From Candidatus Heimdallarchaeum aukensis (GTDB taxonomy: Archaea; Asgardarchaeota; Heimdallarchaeia; Heimdallarchaeales; Heimdallarchaeaceae), in NCBI GenBank assembly GCA_021513695.1, contig CP084166.1, forward strand, positions 2,720,001 through 2,784,000: 64,000 bases of DNA. Reading direction: 5' to 3'. Positions 46,096 to 55,757 of the stretch are shown here, in pieces (positions within the stretch are counted from its first letter, which is position 1; each line of letters opens with the position of its first letter). The position numbers and the translations under genes were made by a program. The notes below the pieces were generated by a model. It did not search any database. It had not been told where the DNA came from and saw only the letters and a program-made list of their open reading frames with translations.

Positions 46096-48126
46096 ATGGA
46101 AGCTATAATAATTACAGTATTACTAACAGTTTTGGTTCCTCTTGTAGGAAGCTTGATAAGTCCATTATTAAATAAAATATTGAAAGAGAAAATACACTTT
46201 TATGCTATAGCCATAGCAGTTATAACTGCTGCACTTGGAATAACTTCTTTTTCAATTGGTTTAAGAATGGAGGAAATAGAGCCTTGGACATTCAATTGGA
46301 TTAAAGATCTATTAAATCCTGGAGAGTTTATACAAGGAGGAATTTTTCTAGATAAATTCTCGTTACTTATGCTAATGCTTGTTTCAGTAATAGCCATGTT
46401 GATTGTAATCTTTAGCCATGATTATATGCACGGTGATGATGCTTTACCAAGATATTATTTCTGGATACTATTCTTTATTGGCAGTATGCTAGGGCTAATA
46501 GTATCAGACAACTTGATTCAGTTGTTTATATTCTGGGAAGGTGTAGGATTAGCCAGTTATGGACTAATTGGTTTCTGGAACAGAGAAAATGAAAATGTGA
46601 AGAGTGGTACAAAAGCTTTTCTTGTTACAAGAGCTGGAGATATGGGTTTACTTGCTGCGATAATATTGATTTACTTTAATGTAGGAACACTAAGTTTCTC
46701 TGAATTCACCTCTGATTTTGGAAATATTTTAGGTGAAAGTAAATTAATAGTGTTAGTAGGAGTCTTAATACTCGTTGGAATTGCAGGTAAATCTGCTCAG
46801 TTTCCTTTGCAGTTCTGGTTACCGGAAGCTATGGCAGGTCCTTCAACCGTATCGGCTCTCATCCATGCAGCAACAATGGTTAAAGCTGGTATTTATCTCG
46901 GAGGAAGATTCTTACCTTATTTCTTAACCGCAGCGCCTTTATATGCTGAGCAATTAGAAGTTCTCTTCTTAATAATTGCAGCTGTTGGAGTATTCACAGC
47001 TTTTCTTGCAGCATCTATAGGCATGGCAGCGAGAGAATTCAAAAAAATACTGGCTTTTTCAACTATTTCGCAATTAGGATACATGTTGCTTGCAATTGGT
47101 GTTGCTGGTCTGCTTCATAATGGAGAAGATGCTCTATTTGCTTCTATCTTCCACATGACCTCCCATATGTTCTTCAAAGCATTACTCTTCCTTGGTGCAG
47201 GAGCTATCTTACATTCTGTAACAACTACGAAGGATATCTTTGAAATGGGAGGACTGAGAAAATATATGCCTAAAACAACATTGTTGTTCAGTGCAGGAGC
47301 ATTATCTTTAGCTGGAATACCTCCTTTTGCAGGTTTCTTCTCCAAAGAGACAATATTTTCAAAAATTATTGAGTATATTGAAGAAACTTCATCAGTATGG
47401 GGGTGGATATTCCTGTCATTAGCAGTAATTGCAGCGATAATGACATTATTTTACACGATGCGAATGATAGGTGTAGTTTTCTTTGGAGAAAGTGGAGAAC
47501 ATGTAAAAGAAGCTGAAAAACATGGACATCTTCATGATCCTAGTTGGTTTATGATGGGCCCTTTACTAGTTTTAGCAATAGGATCAACAATATGGGGATT
47601 CTTTGGCGGATTAATAGAACATTGGTTTTATCACGGAGATCAAACCTATGGAGAATGGATAGGCCATATCTTCAGAAATGGATGGGGATGGTTAATATTA
47701 GCTATAATTGTAATTGTTGGTGGAATACCAGGATACCTAATTTACTTTAGAAAAGTAAACAATACTTTCTTTGCCAACTCGTTCTTACAGAAGTTTCTGT
47801 ATAATCGTTGGTATTGGAATTCCTTAATGTTAACTGTTTTCGTTGACGGAACAACAAAAGTTGGAGATCTGCTTCAATATCCAGAAAAAGCACTTGATCA
47901 TGGAACAAACTCCCTTGCAAGTGGAGTTCTTGCTACTGCTAATGCTTTCGAAGTTCTTGATCGCAAAATAGTTGACGGTGCAGTAAACAAAATAGCTTAT
48001 GGTTTCCAATGGATGGGGATGAAACTTCGAAGATTCGAAACAGGCTTCATATCTCAATACCTGTGGATAGGAGCATTTGGTTTTGTTATTCTATTAATTG
48101 GAGTAACACTTGCTATTATATTGTGA
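46096..48126 (+). CDS. nuoL: complex I subunit L (ND5-like, with long C-terminal extension)
   Basis: WLPEAMAGPSTVSALIHAATMVKAGIYL, 676 aa with the C-terminal region typical of NuoL. GAGGTGAAAAAATG start context. Confidence 0.85.
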   Translation: MEAIIITVLLTVLVPLVGSLISPLLNKILKEKIHFYAIAIAVITAALGITSFSIGLRMEEIEPWTFNWIKDLLNPGEFIQGGIFLDKFSLLMLMLVSVIAMLIVIFSHDYMHGDDALPRYYFWILFFIGSMLGLIVSDNLIQLFIFWEGVGLASYGLIGFWNRENENVKSGTKAFLVTRAGDMGLLAAIILIYFNVGTLSFSEFTSDFGNILGESKLIVLVGVLILVGIAGKSAQFPLQFWLPEAMAGPSTVSALIHAATMVKAGIYLGGRFLPYFLTAAPLYAEQLEVLFLIIAAVGVFTAFLAASIGMAAREFKKILAFSTISQLGYMLLAIGVAGLLHNGEDALFASIFHMTSHMFFKALLFLGAGAILHSVTTTKDIFEMGGLRKYMPKTTLLFSAGALSLAGIPPFAGFFSKETIFSKIIEYIEETSSVWGWIFLSLAVIAAIMTLFYTMRMIGVVFFGESGEHVKEAEKHGHLHDPSWFMMGPLLVLAIGSTIWGFFGGLIEHWFYHGDQTYGEWIGHIFRNGWGWLILAIIVIVGGIPGYLIYFRKVNNTFFANSFLQKFLYNRWYWNSLMLTVFVDGTTKVGDLLQYPEKALDHGTNSLASGVLATANAFEVLDRKIVDGAVNKIAYGFQWMGMKLRRFETGFISQYLWIGAFGFVILLIGVTLAIIL

Positions 48127-48135
48127 GGTGAAAAA

Positions 48136-49605
48136 ATGATAGGAATATTAACTACTTTAATAACTGTTCCCCTTATAGGAGCAATAATTGTGTTCTTGAT
48201 TGGAACAAAAAATAAAAAACTTTCAAGACTTTTAGCTCAATTTATAACATTTGCTGAGTTATCAATCTCTTGGAGTTTATTCGCTTTCTATGATAGAATT
48301 AATAAAAGGCTCAATATTGAGGATGAATTTGTACGATGGATAGATTCTTTTTCTATTCATTTTTCGCTCAGCATTGATGGAATAAGCTTTGTGCTAGTAC
48401 TACTCTCAACTACCATCGTATTTCTAGTTGCTCTCCAATCTACATTCGTAATAGAAGAAAATGAACATTTATACTATACTTTGCTTTTACTATTTGAGAC
48501 AGGAATTTTAGGAGTCTTCTTGGCTTCAAACTTAATAATATTCTACATTTTCTGGGAATTAGTTTTAGTTCCAATGTTCTTTCTTATAGGTGAATGGGGT
48601 GGAGAAAGAAAACGTTATGCTGCAGTCAAGTTCTTCATATTTACACATGTAGGAAGCTTGTTTATGCTACTAAGTTTTCTGTATCTATTCATTAACATGA
48701 AAACATTTAGTATTATAGAGTTAAGTCAAAAGGATATACCTGAAATTGTTCAAACCATTGCAGCAATCGGTATCTTCCTTGGAGTGGCAGTAAAACTACC
48801 CGCTGTTCCAATACATTCATGGTTACCTGATGCACATGTAGAAGCTCCAAGTCCAGTAAGTGTATTACTCGCAGGTCTATTGCTAAAAATGGCAGGATAT
48901 GGTTTTCTTAAACTAGGATTGAATATTGTCCCAGAAGGAATAAAAGTCCTGCGTCCTGTTCTTATAACCTTAGGTGTAGTTGGAGCTTTTTATGCTGCTT
49001 TTGCTGCTATAGCACAAAAGGATCTCAAGAGAGTTATTGCTTTTACTTCAATTAATCACATGAGTTTTATCATGATCGCAGTAGCAGTTGCAACACCCCT
49101 TGCAATTATTGGAGCAGTATTTCAAATGATAAGCCATGGAATAATCATAGGGCTAATGTTCTTCCTCTCTGGTATAATACAACACCATGTAGGAACCAGA
49201 GAAATAAACTTACTTGGAGGAATAAAAAAGAAACCTGTTTTAACTGGTTTCTTAATTGTTGGCTCTATAGCTGCATTTGGCGCTCCTCCAATGAGTGGAT
49301 TCATTGCAGAAATGATGATATTCTTTGCTTCGATTCCAGTATATCCTTGGGTAATGACTGTGGCTGCTTTCTCAATCGTAATAACCTCTGTTATTTACCT
49401 TTGGTTACTAACTAGAGTACTATTTACTAATAAAGCAGAAGAAGTAGTTTTTGAGGACCTAGTATCTCATCAGAACTACTTAAAATATGAATTATCAATA
49501 GTTGGTCTCTTATTTATACCTATATTCGTTCTTGGATTCTTTCCAAATTTGTTAGTATCAATTATTGAACAAGCTGTGAACCAGCTTCTTAAAATAATAG
49601 GGTGA
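48136..49605 (+). CDS. nuoM: complex I subunit M (ND4-like)
   Basis: WLPDAHVEAPSPVSVLLAGLLLKMAGYGFLK. GAGGTGAAAAAATG start context. Confidence 0.85.
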   Translation: MIGILTTLITVPLIGAIIVFLIGTKNKKLSRLLAQFITFAELSISWSLFAFYDRINKRLNIEDEFVRWIDSFSIHFSLSIDGISFVLVLLSTTIVFLVALQSTFVIEENEHLYYTLLLLFETGILGVFLASNLIIFYIFWELVLVPMFFLIGEWGGERKRYAAVKFFIFTHVGSLFMLLSFLYLFINMKTFSIIELSQKDIPEIVQTIAAIGIFLGVAVKLPAVPIHSWLPDAHVEAPSPVSVLLAGLLLKMAGYGFLKLGLNIVPEGIKVLRPVLITLGVVGAFYAAFAAIAQKDLKRVIAFTSINHMSFIMIAVAVATPLAIIGAVFQMISHGIIIGLMFFLSGIIQHHVGTREINLLGGIKKKPVLTGFLIVGSIAAFGAPPMSGFIAEMMIFFASIPVYPWVMTVAAFSIVITSVIYLWLLTRVLFTNKAEEVVFEDLVSHQNYLKYELSIVGLLFIPIFVLGFFPNLLVSIIEQAVNQLLKIIG

Positions 49606-49610
49606 AAAAA

Positions 49611-51041
49611 ATGGAAGTAATTATTTATCCTTTAATCGCACTCCTTGTTGGTATTGTGTTAAGTTTAATAACTGGAACACTAAAAAAAGGAGATGTTGCA
49701 CGTACAATAAGTATCTTAAGCCTTATAACAGCGATATCTTTGCTTGCGGTTTTCTATCCTTTCAACGGTCAAAGACTATTCAGTGACACAATTGTTCTAG
49801 ATAATTTTGGAGGATTTTTTGTTTTTCTATTCTTATCTCTCGCTGTATTTATTCTACTTGGAAGCACAAAAGTGTTGGATGAACATCCTGAAATGCCGGC
49901 ACTTTTACTTCTTTCTACAATTGGGATGGCTTTAATCGGAATTACTGATAACTTAGTGATGATCTTTGTAGCTTGGGAATTAATGAGTTTGACAACATAC
50001 GTATTAGCAGGTCTTGGAAAAAGAGAACAATCAACAGAAGCGGCCATGAAATACTACATTTATGGAAGTGTTTCTTCTGCCCTTATTCTATTCTCTATTA
50101 GCTTGATATACGGTATAACTGGCTCTATGCAATTGTCCATAATAGCTACTGTTGCATCTTCACTAGACACAACGGCAATAGGTGTTCTGCTTTTATCTGC
50201 AACAATATTCATCTTTGGTTTTGGATATAAAGTAGGAATAGTTCCATTCCATCTTTGGTTACCAGATGTGTATGAAGGAAGCCCCGCTCCAGTAAGTGGG
50301 CTTCTAGCAGGTGTATCAAAGAAAGTAGCTATTGTCGCAACAGCTAGAATCTTTTTGACTGGATTTGAGAGTGTAGACTTTAATTGGAAAATCCTTTACG
50401 CAATTATAGCTGTAATAACTATGACTGTTGCTAATATTGCTGCTTTATCTCAAAGAAAAGTTGTAAGAATGTTTGCATATAGCTCGATCTCTCAAATAGG
50501 ATACATGATTGTCGGATTTGCTATATTTTCTCCTGAAGGATTGGCAGCAACGATGATGCAACTAACTGTTCATGCAGTTACAACCGTTGGAGCCTTTATC
50601 ACAATAGGTATTATAGCAAAGAAACTAGATCTCAGGACATATGATGACTATAAAGGTTTAGGAGCTAGAAAACCTGTGTTAGGACTAGGTTTGACAATAA
50701 TGATGTTGTCTTTAGCTGGCATTCCTCCTCTTGCAGGATTTGTCAGTAAATTGTTCTTGTTTACTGAAGCAGTAAGAGCTAATTTACTGTGGTTAGCAAT
50801 CGTTTTAGTTTTGAACAGCGTTTTATCGCTTGGTTACTATCTCCCTCTCATAAGAAACATGTATCTTGAGAAACCAGAGAAAACAACAGAAGGCGAAGAA
50901 ACGAAAAAAGAAAAATTCGACACTAGGACTATAGGTCCTATAATGGTCAATATTATGACTACATTAGCTATTGTAATTATACCAATCTTTGCACAAAAGA
51001 TTTTCGACATAATCACTGAAGCAGCTAAAAATGTAATATAG
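49611..51041 (+). CDS. nuoN: complex I subunit N (ND2-like)
   Basis: FHLWLPDVYEGSPAPVSGLLAG. The track start at 49602 is GTG overlapping the nuoM stop; the likely start is ATG 49611 (MEVIIYP...). Confidence 0.85.
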   Translation: MEVIIYPLIALLVGIVLSLITGTLKKGDVARTISILSLITAISLLAVFYPFNGQRLFSDTIVLDNFGGFFVFLFLSLAVFILLGSTKVLDEHPEMPALLLLSTIGMALIGITDNLVMIFVAWELMSLTTYVLAGLGKREQSTEAAMKYYIYGSVSSALILFSISLIYGITGSMQLSIIATVASSLDTTAIGVLLLSATIFIFGFGYKVGIVPFHLWLPDVYEGSPAPVSGLLAGVSKKVAIVATARIFLTGFESVDFNWKILYAIIAVITMTVANIAALSQRKVVRMFAYSSISQIGYMIVGFAIFSPEGLAATMMQLTVHAVTTVGAFITIGIIAKKLDLRTYDDYKGLGARKPVLGLGLTIMMLSLAGIPPLAGFVSKLFLFTEAVRANLLWLAIVLVLNSVLSLGYYLPLIRNMYLEKPEKTTEGEETKKEKFDTRTIGPIMVNIMTTLAIVIIPIFAQKIFDIITEAAKNVI

Positions 51042-51054
51042 AGGTGAAAAAAAG

Positions 51055-51432
51055 ATGATGTTATTTGATGCAATAATTCCAGTACTCGCATTGGGCCTAG
51101 CAGGTATGATTTTCGTAGGTATAATGATGACTTTATCAGTCTTGACTAAACCTAAAGGAGAAAAAACAAAGCTAAAGTTACAAACCTATGAAAGTGGAGA
51201 AGTTCCAGTAACTGACCGTTTAGGATTCCAATTTAATTATCAATACTTTGTTTATGCTATAGTTTTCACTGCTTTGGACGTTATGTCTATTTTCTTATAT
51301 GCGTGGGCTGTTGATTCTGCCCGTTTAGAAACAAACACCTTACTAACGATACTTGGCTTTATCACAATTTTATTCTTGGGCTTTGTTTATGTATCTGTAG
51401 CAACAAGAGAGTGGAAGAAAAATATAATGTAA
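51055..51432 (+). CDS. nuoA: complex I subunit A (ND3-like)
   Basis: YESGEVPVTDRLGFQFNYQYFVYAIVFTALDVMSIFLYAWAV is the NuoA signature. GAGGTGAAAAAAAGATG start context. Confidence 0.85.
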   Translation: MMLFDAIIPVLALGLAGMIFVGIMMTLSVLTKPKGEKTKLKLQTYESGEVPVTDRLGFQFNYQYFVYAIVFTALDVMSIFLYAWAVDSARLETNTLLTILGFITILFLGFVYVSVATREWKKNIM

Positions 51433-51555
51433 ATTAAATTACAGCACAAAAGTGTTGTATCTCTTTTTTTTATTATTTTGAAATTGTTTATTTTAAATTC
51501 AATACATATTCATTCAAGGAAACAGTTTAAAACAAGCAAATTATCTTTATAATCA

Positions 51556-52218
51556 ATGAAAAAAGATTTGTATTTAACAGAGGAAAATCGAAAAGAAAAA
51601 TCTGTTCAATGGTTAAAAGAATGTAGAAAATACAAAAAAACTAATCCTTTTAACTTTAATTTGAAAACCGCTGCTTTAGTTGTTTTAGATATGCAAAAGG
51701 TTTTTCTCGAAAAAGATTCACACGCTTTTATTCCTTCAGGGGTTACTATTATACCGATCATTAATAAAATAGTAACAAAATTCAACGAATACAAACGTCC
51801 AATTATCTTTTCTAGACATATTTTTCCAGAGAGCAAAGAGTCTCTTTTGTACAAAATTTGGAGAAATTCTATAGATCTTAACCAAGAAGAGTCAGAACTA
51901 GTTGAAGAAATAAAAAGTGGAGGAATTATTCTAATAAAAAGGAATTATAGCGCATTTAGGAAAACTAACCTAGAAACAATTTTAAGAAAAAACAAAGTCA
52001 AACAACTAGTTGTAACAGGGTTAATGAGCCATCTTTGTTGTGATACAACAACAAGGGATGCTTTTATGTTGGGATATGAACCATTTTTTGTTGTTGATGC
52101 TACAGCTACCTATAATGAAACTTTACATTTAGGAACACTAAGAGCGCTTTCTCATGGATTTTCAGTACCTATTGTTTCGGAGGAGATAATTAATTGGAAA
52201 GAAAATCCAAAAATGTAG
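51556..52218 (+). CDS. isochorismatase-family cysteine hydrolase
   Basis: AALVVLDMQKVF (Asp), the Lys region and VVTGLMSHLCCDTTTRDA (catalytic Cys). Confidence 0.75.
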   Translation: MKKDLYLTEENRKEKSVQWLKECRKYKKTNPFNFNLKTAALVVLDMQKVFLEKDSHAFIPSGVTIIPIINKIVTKFNEYKRPIIFSRHIFPESKESLLYKIWRNSIDLNQEESELVEEIKSGGIILIKRNYSAFRKTNLETILRKNKVKQLVVTGLMSHLCCDTTTRDAFMLGYEPFFVVDATATYNETLHLGTLRALSHGFSVPIVSEEIINWKENPKM

Positions 52219-53093
52219 ACATATTACTAGTTGGTGGAGGGCCTGCTTGTTGTTCTGCCGCAATTCAATTAGTAAGAAGTAAAAAAAACATTTTACTGAT
52301 TACTAAAGAAATAGGCGGTTTAGTTAAAAATGCCAACTTAATAGAAAATTTATTGGGTTTTCCTAATGGAATTAGAGGAAAAGATTATGCTTCATTGATG
52401 CAAGAACAATTAAAGAAAATCAAAGTACCAGTGCTTATAGATGAAGTAAAAAAAGTAGAGAAAGTAGAAGAGCATTTCGTTATAACAACTTCAAATAAGA
52501 AATTTACTGCAAATTATGTTATTATTGGTTCTGGAACTATTCCTAAAAAACTAGAAATTTCAGGAGAGGAGAAGGCATATCAAGATAAAAAATTATTTTA
52601 TGAAGTCTATGAAGCAAAAGAATTTCTAGAAAAGAAAGATGATGTAATTATAATTGGAGGAGGAGATGCAGCTTATGATTATGCTTTAAACATATCGAAT
52701 CAAGTTAAACAAATTAGAATTTTGCAAAGATCAGAAAATGCAAAATGTTTGCCTTTATTATTAAAACGAGTTAAAAAAAAGGAAAATATACAAATTATAA
52801 AAAATGTAACTCCTTCAGAGATTAGTTTTTATTCAAACAAATTATTATTAACTGTTAGAAAATCAACAAATAATTTTCTAGACTTATTGACTGATAAAAT
52901 TTTGATAGCAGTAGGTAGAACACCTAACATTTCTTTTATTGAAGAAGGTTTATTAACATCTGAAAACTTACAAAGCACAGACCGAAGATTAATCCTAATC
53001 GGCGACATTAAAAATAAACGACTTAGACAAATTTCAATTGCAATTGGAGATGGTCTTAAAGAAGCAATGAAAATAATTGAAGAGAATGAGTGA
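52194..53093 (+). CDS. FAD/NAD(P)-binding pyridine-nucleotide-disulfide oxidoreductase family protein (thioredoxin-reductase-like, no obvious CxxC)
   Basis: Two Rossmann dinucleotide motifs: VDILLVGGGPACCSAA and VIIIGGGDAAYDYA. It overlaps the upstream gene by 25 nt. Confidence 0.65.
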   Translation: MERKSKNVDILLVGGGPACCSAAIQLVRSKKNILLITKEIGGLVKNANLIENLLGFPNGIRGKDYASLMQEQLKKIKVPVLIDEVKKVEKVEEHFVITTSNKKFTANYVIIGSGTIPKKLEISGEEKAYQDKKLFYEVYEAKEFLEKKDDVIIIGGGDAAYDYALNISNQVKQIRILQRSENAKCLPLLLKRVKKKENIQIIKNVTPSEISFYSNKLLLTVRKSTNNFLDLLTDKILIAVGRTPNISFIEEGLLTSENLQSTDRRLILIGDIKNKRLRQISIAIGDGLKEAMKIIEENE

Positions 53094-54045
53094 TAAAATG
53101 GAAATAATCGGTAAATACGGAAAAGATGATTTAGCGATATTATATATAGCAAAGATGGATAATGGACAGATTCTAGAGTTTGTTGAAAGTACCCAACCAC
53201 CCATCCCCAGAGAGAAAAAATGGGTACTAATAATCTCCACAATGTTTGGTTGTCCAATTCAATGCTTAATGTGTGATGCAGGAGAATATTATGCTGGAAA
53301 CATTTCAAAAGAACAAATGCTAGAGGAAATTGATTTCTTAATAAAGAGTAGATTTCCAGATACAAAGTACATAGATGTTCCTAAATTTAAAATTCAATTT
53401 GCTAGAATGGGTGAACCTGCTTTAAATGATGATGTACTTGAGGTAATAAGAGAACTTCCTTCAATCTATGATGCTCCTGGACTAATGCCGTGTATAAGTA
53501 CTGTTGCACCAAGAACTGCAGGAGAGTTTATGGAAAAATTATTGGTTATAAAAGACCAATTATACTCTAATGGAAAATTCCAGCTTCAATTTTCTATTCA
53601 CTCCACAAATGAAGAAATAAGAAAGAAATTAATGACTTCAAACATCTGGACATTGGAGGAAATAGCAGAATATGGACAACGATGGTTTAAAGAAGGAGAT
53701 AGAAAAATTACTCTAAACTTTGCAGTAGCAGAGGACTATGAAATTGATCCTTCGGTTTTGAAAAGAATTTTTGATCTATCAAAATACATGATAAAAATAA
53801 CACCTATCAACCCTACAAATAAAGCTATAGAGAATAATCTTGAATCAGCGATAAAGGAAGAAAATGAACATTATTTTCCACTGGTTGAAGAATTAAGAAA
53901 AGAAGGATTTGAAACTCTAATTAGCATAGGAGAATGGGAGGAAAATAAAATAGGTACAAACTGTGGTCAATTTGCTACAAAGTATAATAAAGGACAAGTT
54001 GAGATAAAAGAAACTTACTTAACCACACAATATAAATTAAATTGA
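53077..54045 (+). CDS. radical SAM enzyme, RlmN/Cfr-like family
   Basis: A CPIQCLMC (Cx3Cx2C) cluster motif. The blocks MGEPALN, STVAPRTAG, FSIHSTNEEIR, ITPINP and C-terminal NCGQ are in the same order as the RlmN blocks MGEPLLN, STSG, SLHAPNDEIR, LIPWNP and CGQ. Confidence 0.55.
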   Translation: MKRMSDKMEIIGKYGKDDLAILYIAKMDNGQILEFVESTQPPIPREKKWVLIISTMFGCPIQCLMCDAGEYYAGNISKEQMLEEIDFLIKSRFPDTKYIDVPKFKIQFARMGEPALNDDVLEVIRELPSIYDAPGLMPCISTVAPRTAGEFMEKLLVIKDQLYSNGKFQLQFSIHSTNEEIRKKLMTSNIWTLEEIAEYGQRWFKEGDRKITLNFAVAEDYEIDPSVLKRIFDLSKYMIKITPINPTNKAIENNLESAIKEENEHYFPLVEELRKEGFETLISIGEWEENKIGTNCGQFATKYNKGQVEIKETYLTTQYKLN

Positions 54046-54062
54046 AAAAAAAGAAAAAGAAG

Positions 54063-55199
54063 TTAGTTACTGGTACTAGAAGGTTCTATTTTTTCATATC
54101 CCCAATGATCTCTGTAGTCTGACCAGTATTTATTCACTCTTTCTATCACATCATCTGTTATTTTGTGTACATTAGGTTTATATTCTCTTTTTTGTGTTTC
54201 TGCATATTTTCTCATGTTTTCTCTATATTCTTCTTTTAGCTCTAAACCAAGCTCTGAGTATATTCTATCAATATGTTTCATTGGTTCCTCAATGAATTCT
54301 TCATATTTTACATGTACAATATTACCTTCAGGAATAAGTTTGATATCTCGTTCTAGATATTCATAAAGAGTTTTGTAGTTGCGTAGAATATCCAATTTCA
54401 TTTTTTCATCATCCCAAGTTTGTAAGGTATAAATTGCAAAAACTTCATCAAAGAACTTGTATGTACTAGGATAAACTTCATAGGGATTTCTATAAGTATG
54501 AATGAATTTTGCGTTAGGAAACATTTCTAGAATATGAGGAATTCGATAACTATTAGTGGGATTTTTAAAAATCATCTGTCTTCCTTCATATTTTAAGGTC
54601 ATTTTCTGAACAAAGTAGTAATAGATTTTTTTCCATTTCTCCAGATCCTTGGGTAAACCCTCAAAAGTCAAGTAACGAGTATATTGGTCAAAATTTCTTG
54701 GAAAAATAAATCCATTATAATAACCATATTTAGACATAGCTCCAATTGAGTACTCTTCTTCTGTTGGTTCTTCTGCTCCCATCGGAACGTTATCCATTGG
54801 TCTTACATCTGGCAAAGACATATCAATCAGTGCTTTAGTAATTTTAGGGAATGAAAGGAAGAAGTGTGGAGCATAACCCTCTAAGTTTGAAACATAACCT
54901 CTATCTTTATCCATAGATAATAAAGTCATTAGGTATGTTGTTCCAGTCCTATAATGACCAATTACAAAAATTGGGTCGGTTTTTATTTCTGTTTTCTTTA
55001 TTTTTCTATGATATAAAATTCTCTCTATAACCCTCATTGGAGCAGTAATTGTAGCTAGACCAATCGCATACCAGAATCTCAAATAATATTTGGGGTGAAT
55101 CCTGAATTTATTTTCCCATAGCAATCGAAAAATATTTGTAAAAGACATTCCAGCCAAAGGCTCTTCTTTGCAAATCAACCAAGTTTTTTTGTGTGCCAT
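54063..55199 (-). CDS. membrane-anchored sulfotransferase (PAPS-dependent family), paralogue 2
   Basis: VIGHYRTGTTYLMTLL and IHTYRNPYEVYPS. It aligns along its full length with the 36856..37977 product, including the N-terminal hydrophobic segment. The track start at 55238 is GTG; the nearest ATG is 55199. Confidence 0.75.
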   Translation of the reverse strand: MAHKKTWLICKEEPLAGMSFTNIFRLLWENKFRIHPKYYLRFWYAIGLATITAPMRVIERILYHRKIKKTEIKTDPIFVIGHYRTGTTYLMTLLSMDKDRGYVSNLEGYAPHFFLSFPKITKALIDMSLPDVRPMDNVPMGAEEPTEEEYSIGAMSKYGYYNGFIFPRNFDQYTRYLTFEGLPKDLEKWKKIYYYFVQKMTLKYEGRQMIFKNPTNSYRIPHILEMFPNAKFIHTYRNPYEVYPSTYKFFDEVFAIYTLQTWDDEKMKLDILRNYKTLYEYLERDIKLIPEGNIVHVKYEEFIEEPMKHIDRIYSELGLELKEEYRENMRKYAETQKREYKPNVHKITDDVIERVNKYWSDYRDHWGYEKIEPSSTSN

Positions 55200-55351
55200 A
55201 AAATCACTCTCGTCCTCTAGATCCTCAAAGAAAAGCACTTGGTTATAAAATTAATTCTAAAACGAAAAAGAAAAGAAACATTTTACTGTTTTACCCCAGC
55301 TTAACTCATATTTAAGGTGCTGCTTTTTTCTTAAAAAAATGAGCTGAAAAT

Positions 55352-55714
55352 TTATCTTTTTTTGGTTGAAGCAATAATGTAAATTATTCCTGCAATTACA
55401 ACTATTAATCCAGGAAGACCTATACCAATAATGCCTAATATTATCAATATGATTCCTAACAGAAAATCTGACAATTTAGAAGAGGGTAAAGCAATGGCAA
55501 GTATTCCTAGGACTATGGTTATAATTGCAATTATGAAATCATGAGTAATGATTCTTAATAAAAATCCTTTTGCAATAAGGTCAAGTTCAAGAGTCCCCAT
55601 ATTAAAGCGGAGTAAAATATGTAAAATTAAAAACACTCCTCCTAAAATATATAAAACCCCTCCGATAATTGAAAGAGCTTTTCCCCATTTTTCTAATTTA
55701 CTTTTTCGAGCCAT
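55352..55714 (-). CDS. small membrane protein (3 TM)
   Basis: G-rich hydrophobic helices (IIGGVLYILGGVFLILHILL...) with an ATG start. Confidence 0.4.
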   Translation of the reverse strand: MARKSKLEKWGKALSIIGGVLYILGGVFLILHILLRFNMGTLELDLIAKGFLLRIITHDFIIAIITIVLGILAIALPSSKLSDFLLGIILIILGIIGIGLPGLIVVIAGIIYIIASTKKR

Positions 55715-55757
55715 ATTTTTTTAAACAGTAAAGCAGTATTTTAGTTTTTCCACAGAT

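Noticed and set aside
42765-49304. Assorted short ORFs on either strand within the nuo operon (42765..42974, 43360..43566, 44466..44699, 44724..44945, 45830..46021, 46200..46397, 47115..47345, 47544..47750, 47830..48057, 49122..49304)
   Set aside because: All overlap conserved complex-I subunit genes in other frames. None has SD/ATG context comparable to the real genes.
52829-53365. 178-aa and 68-aa minus-strand ORFs across the flavoprotein/radical SAM junction
   Set aside because: They are antisense to two motif-supported, translationally coupled plus-strand genes. They are low-complexity with no start context.
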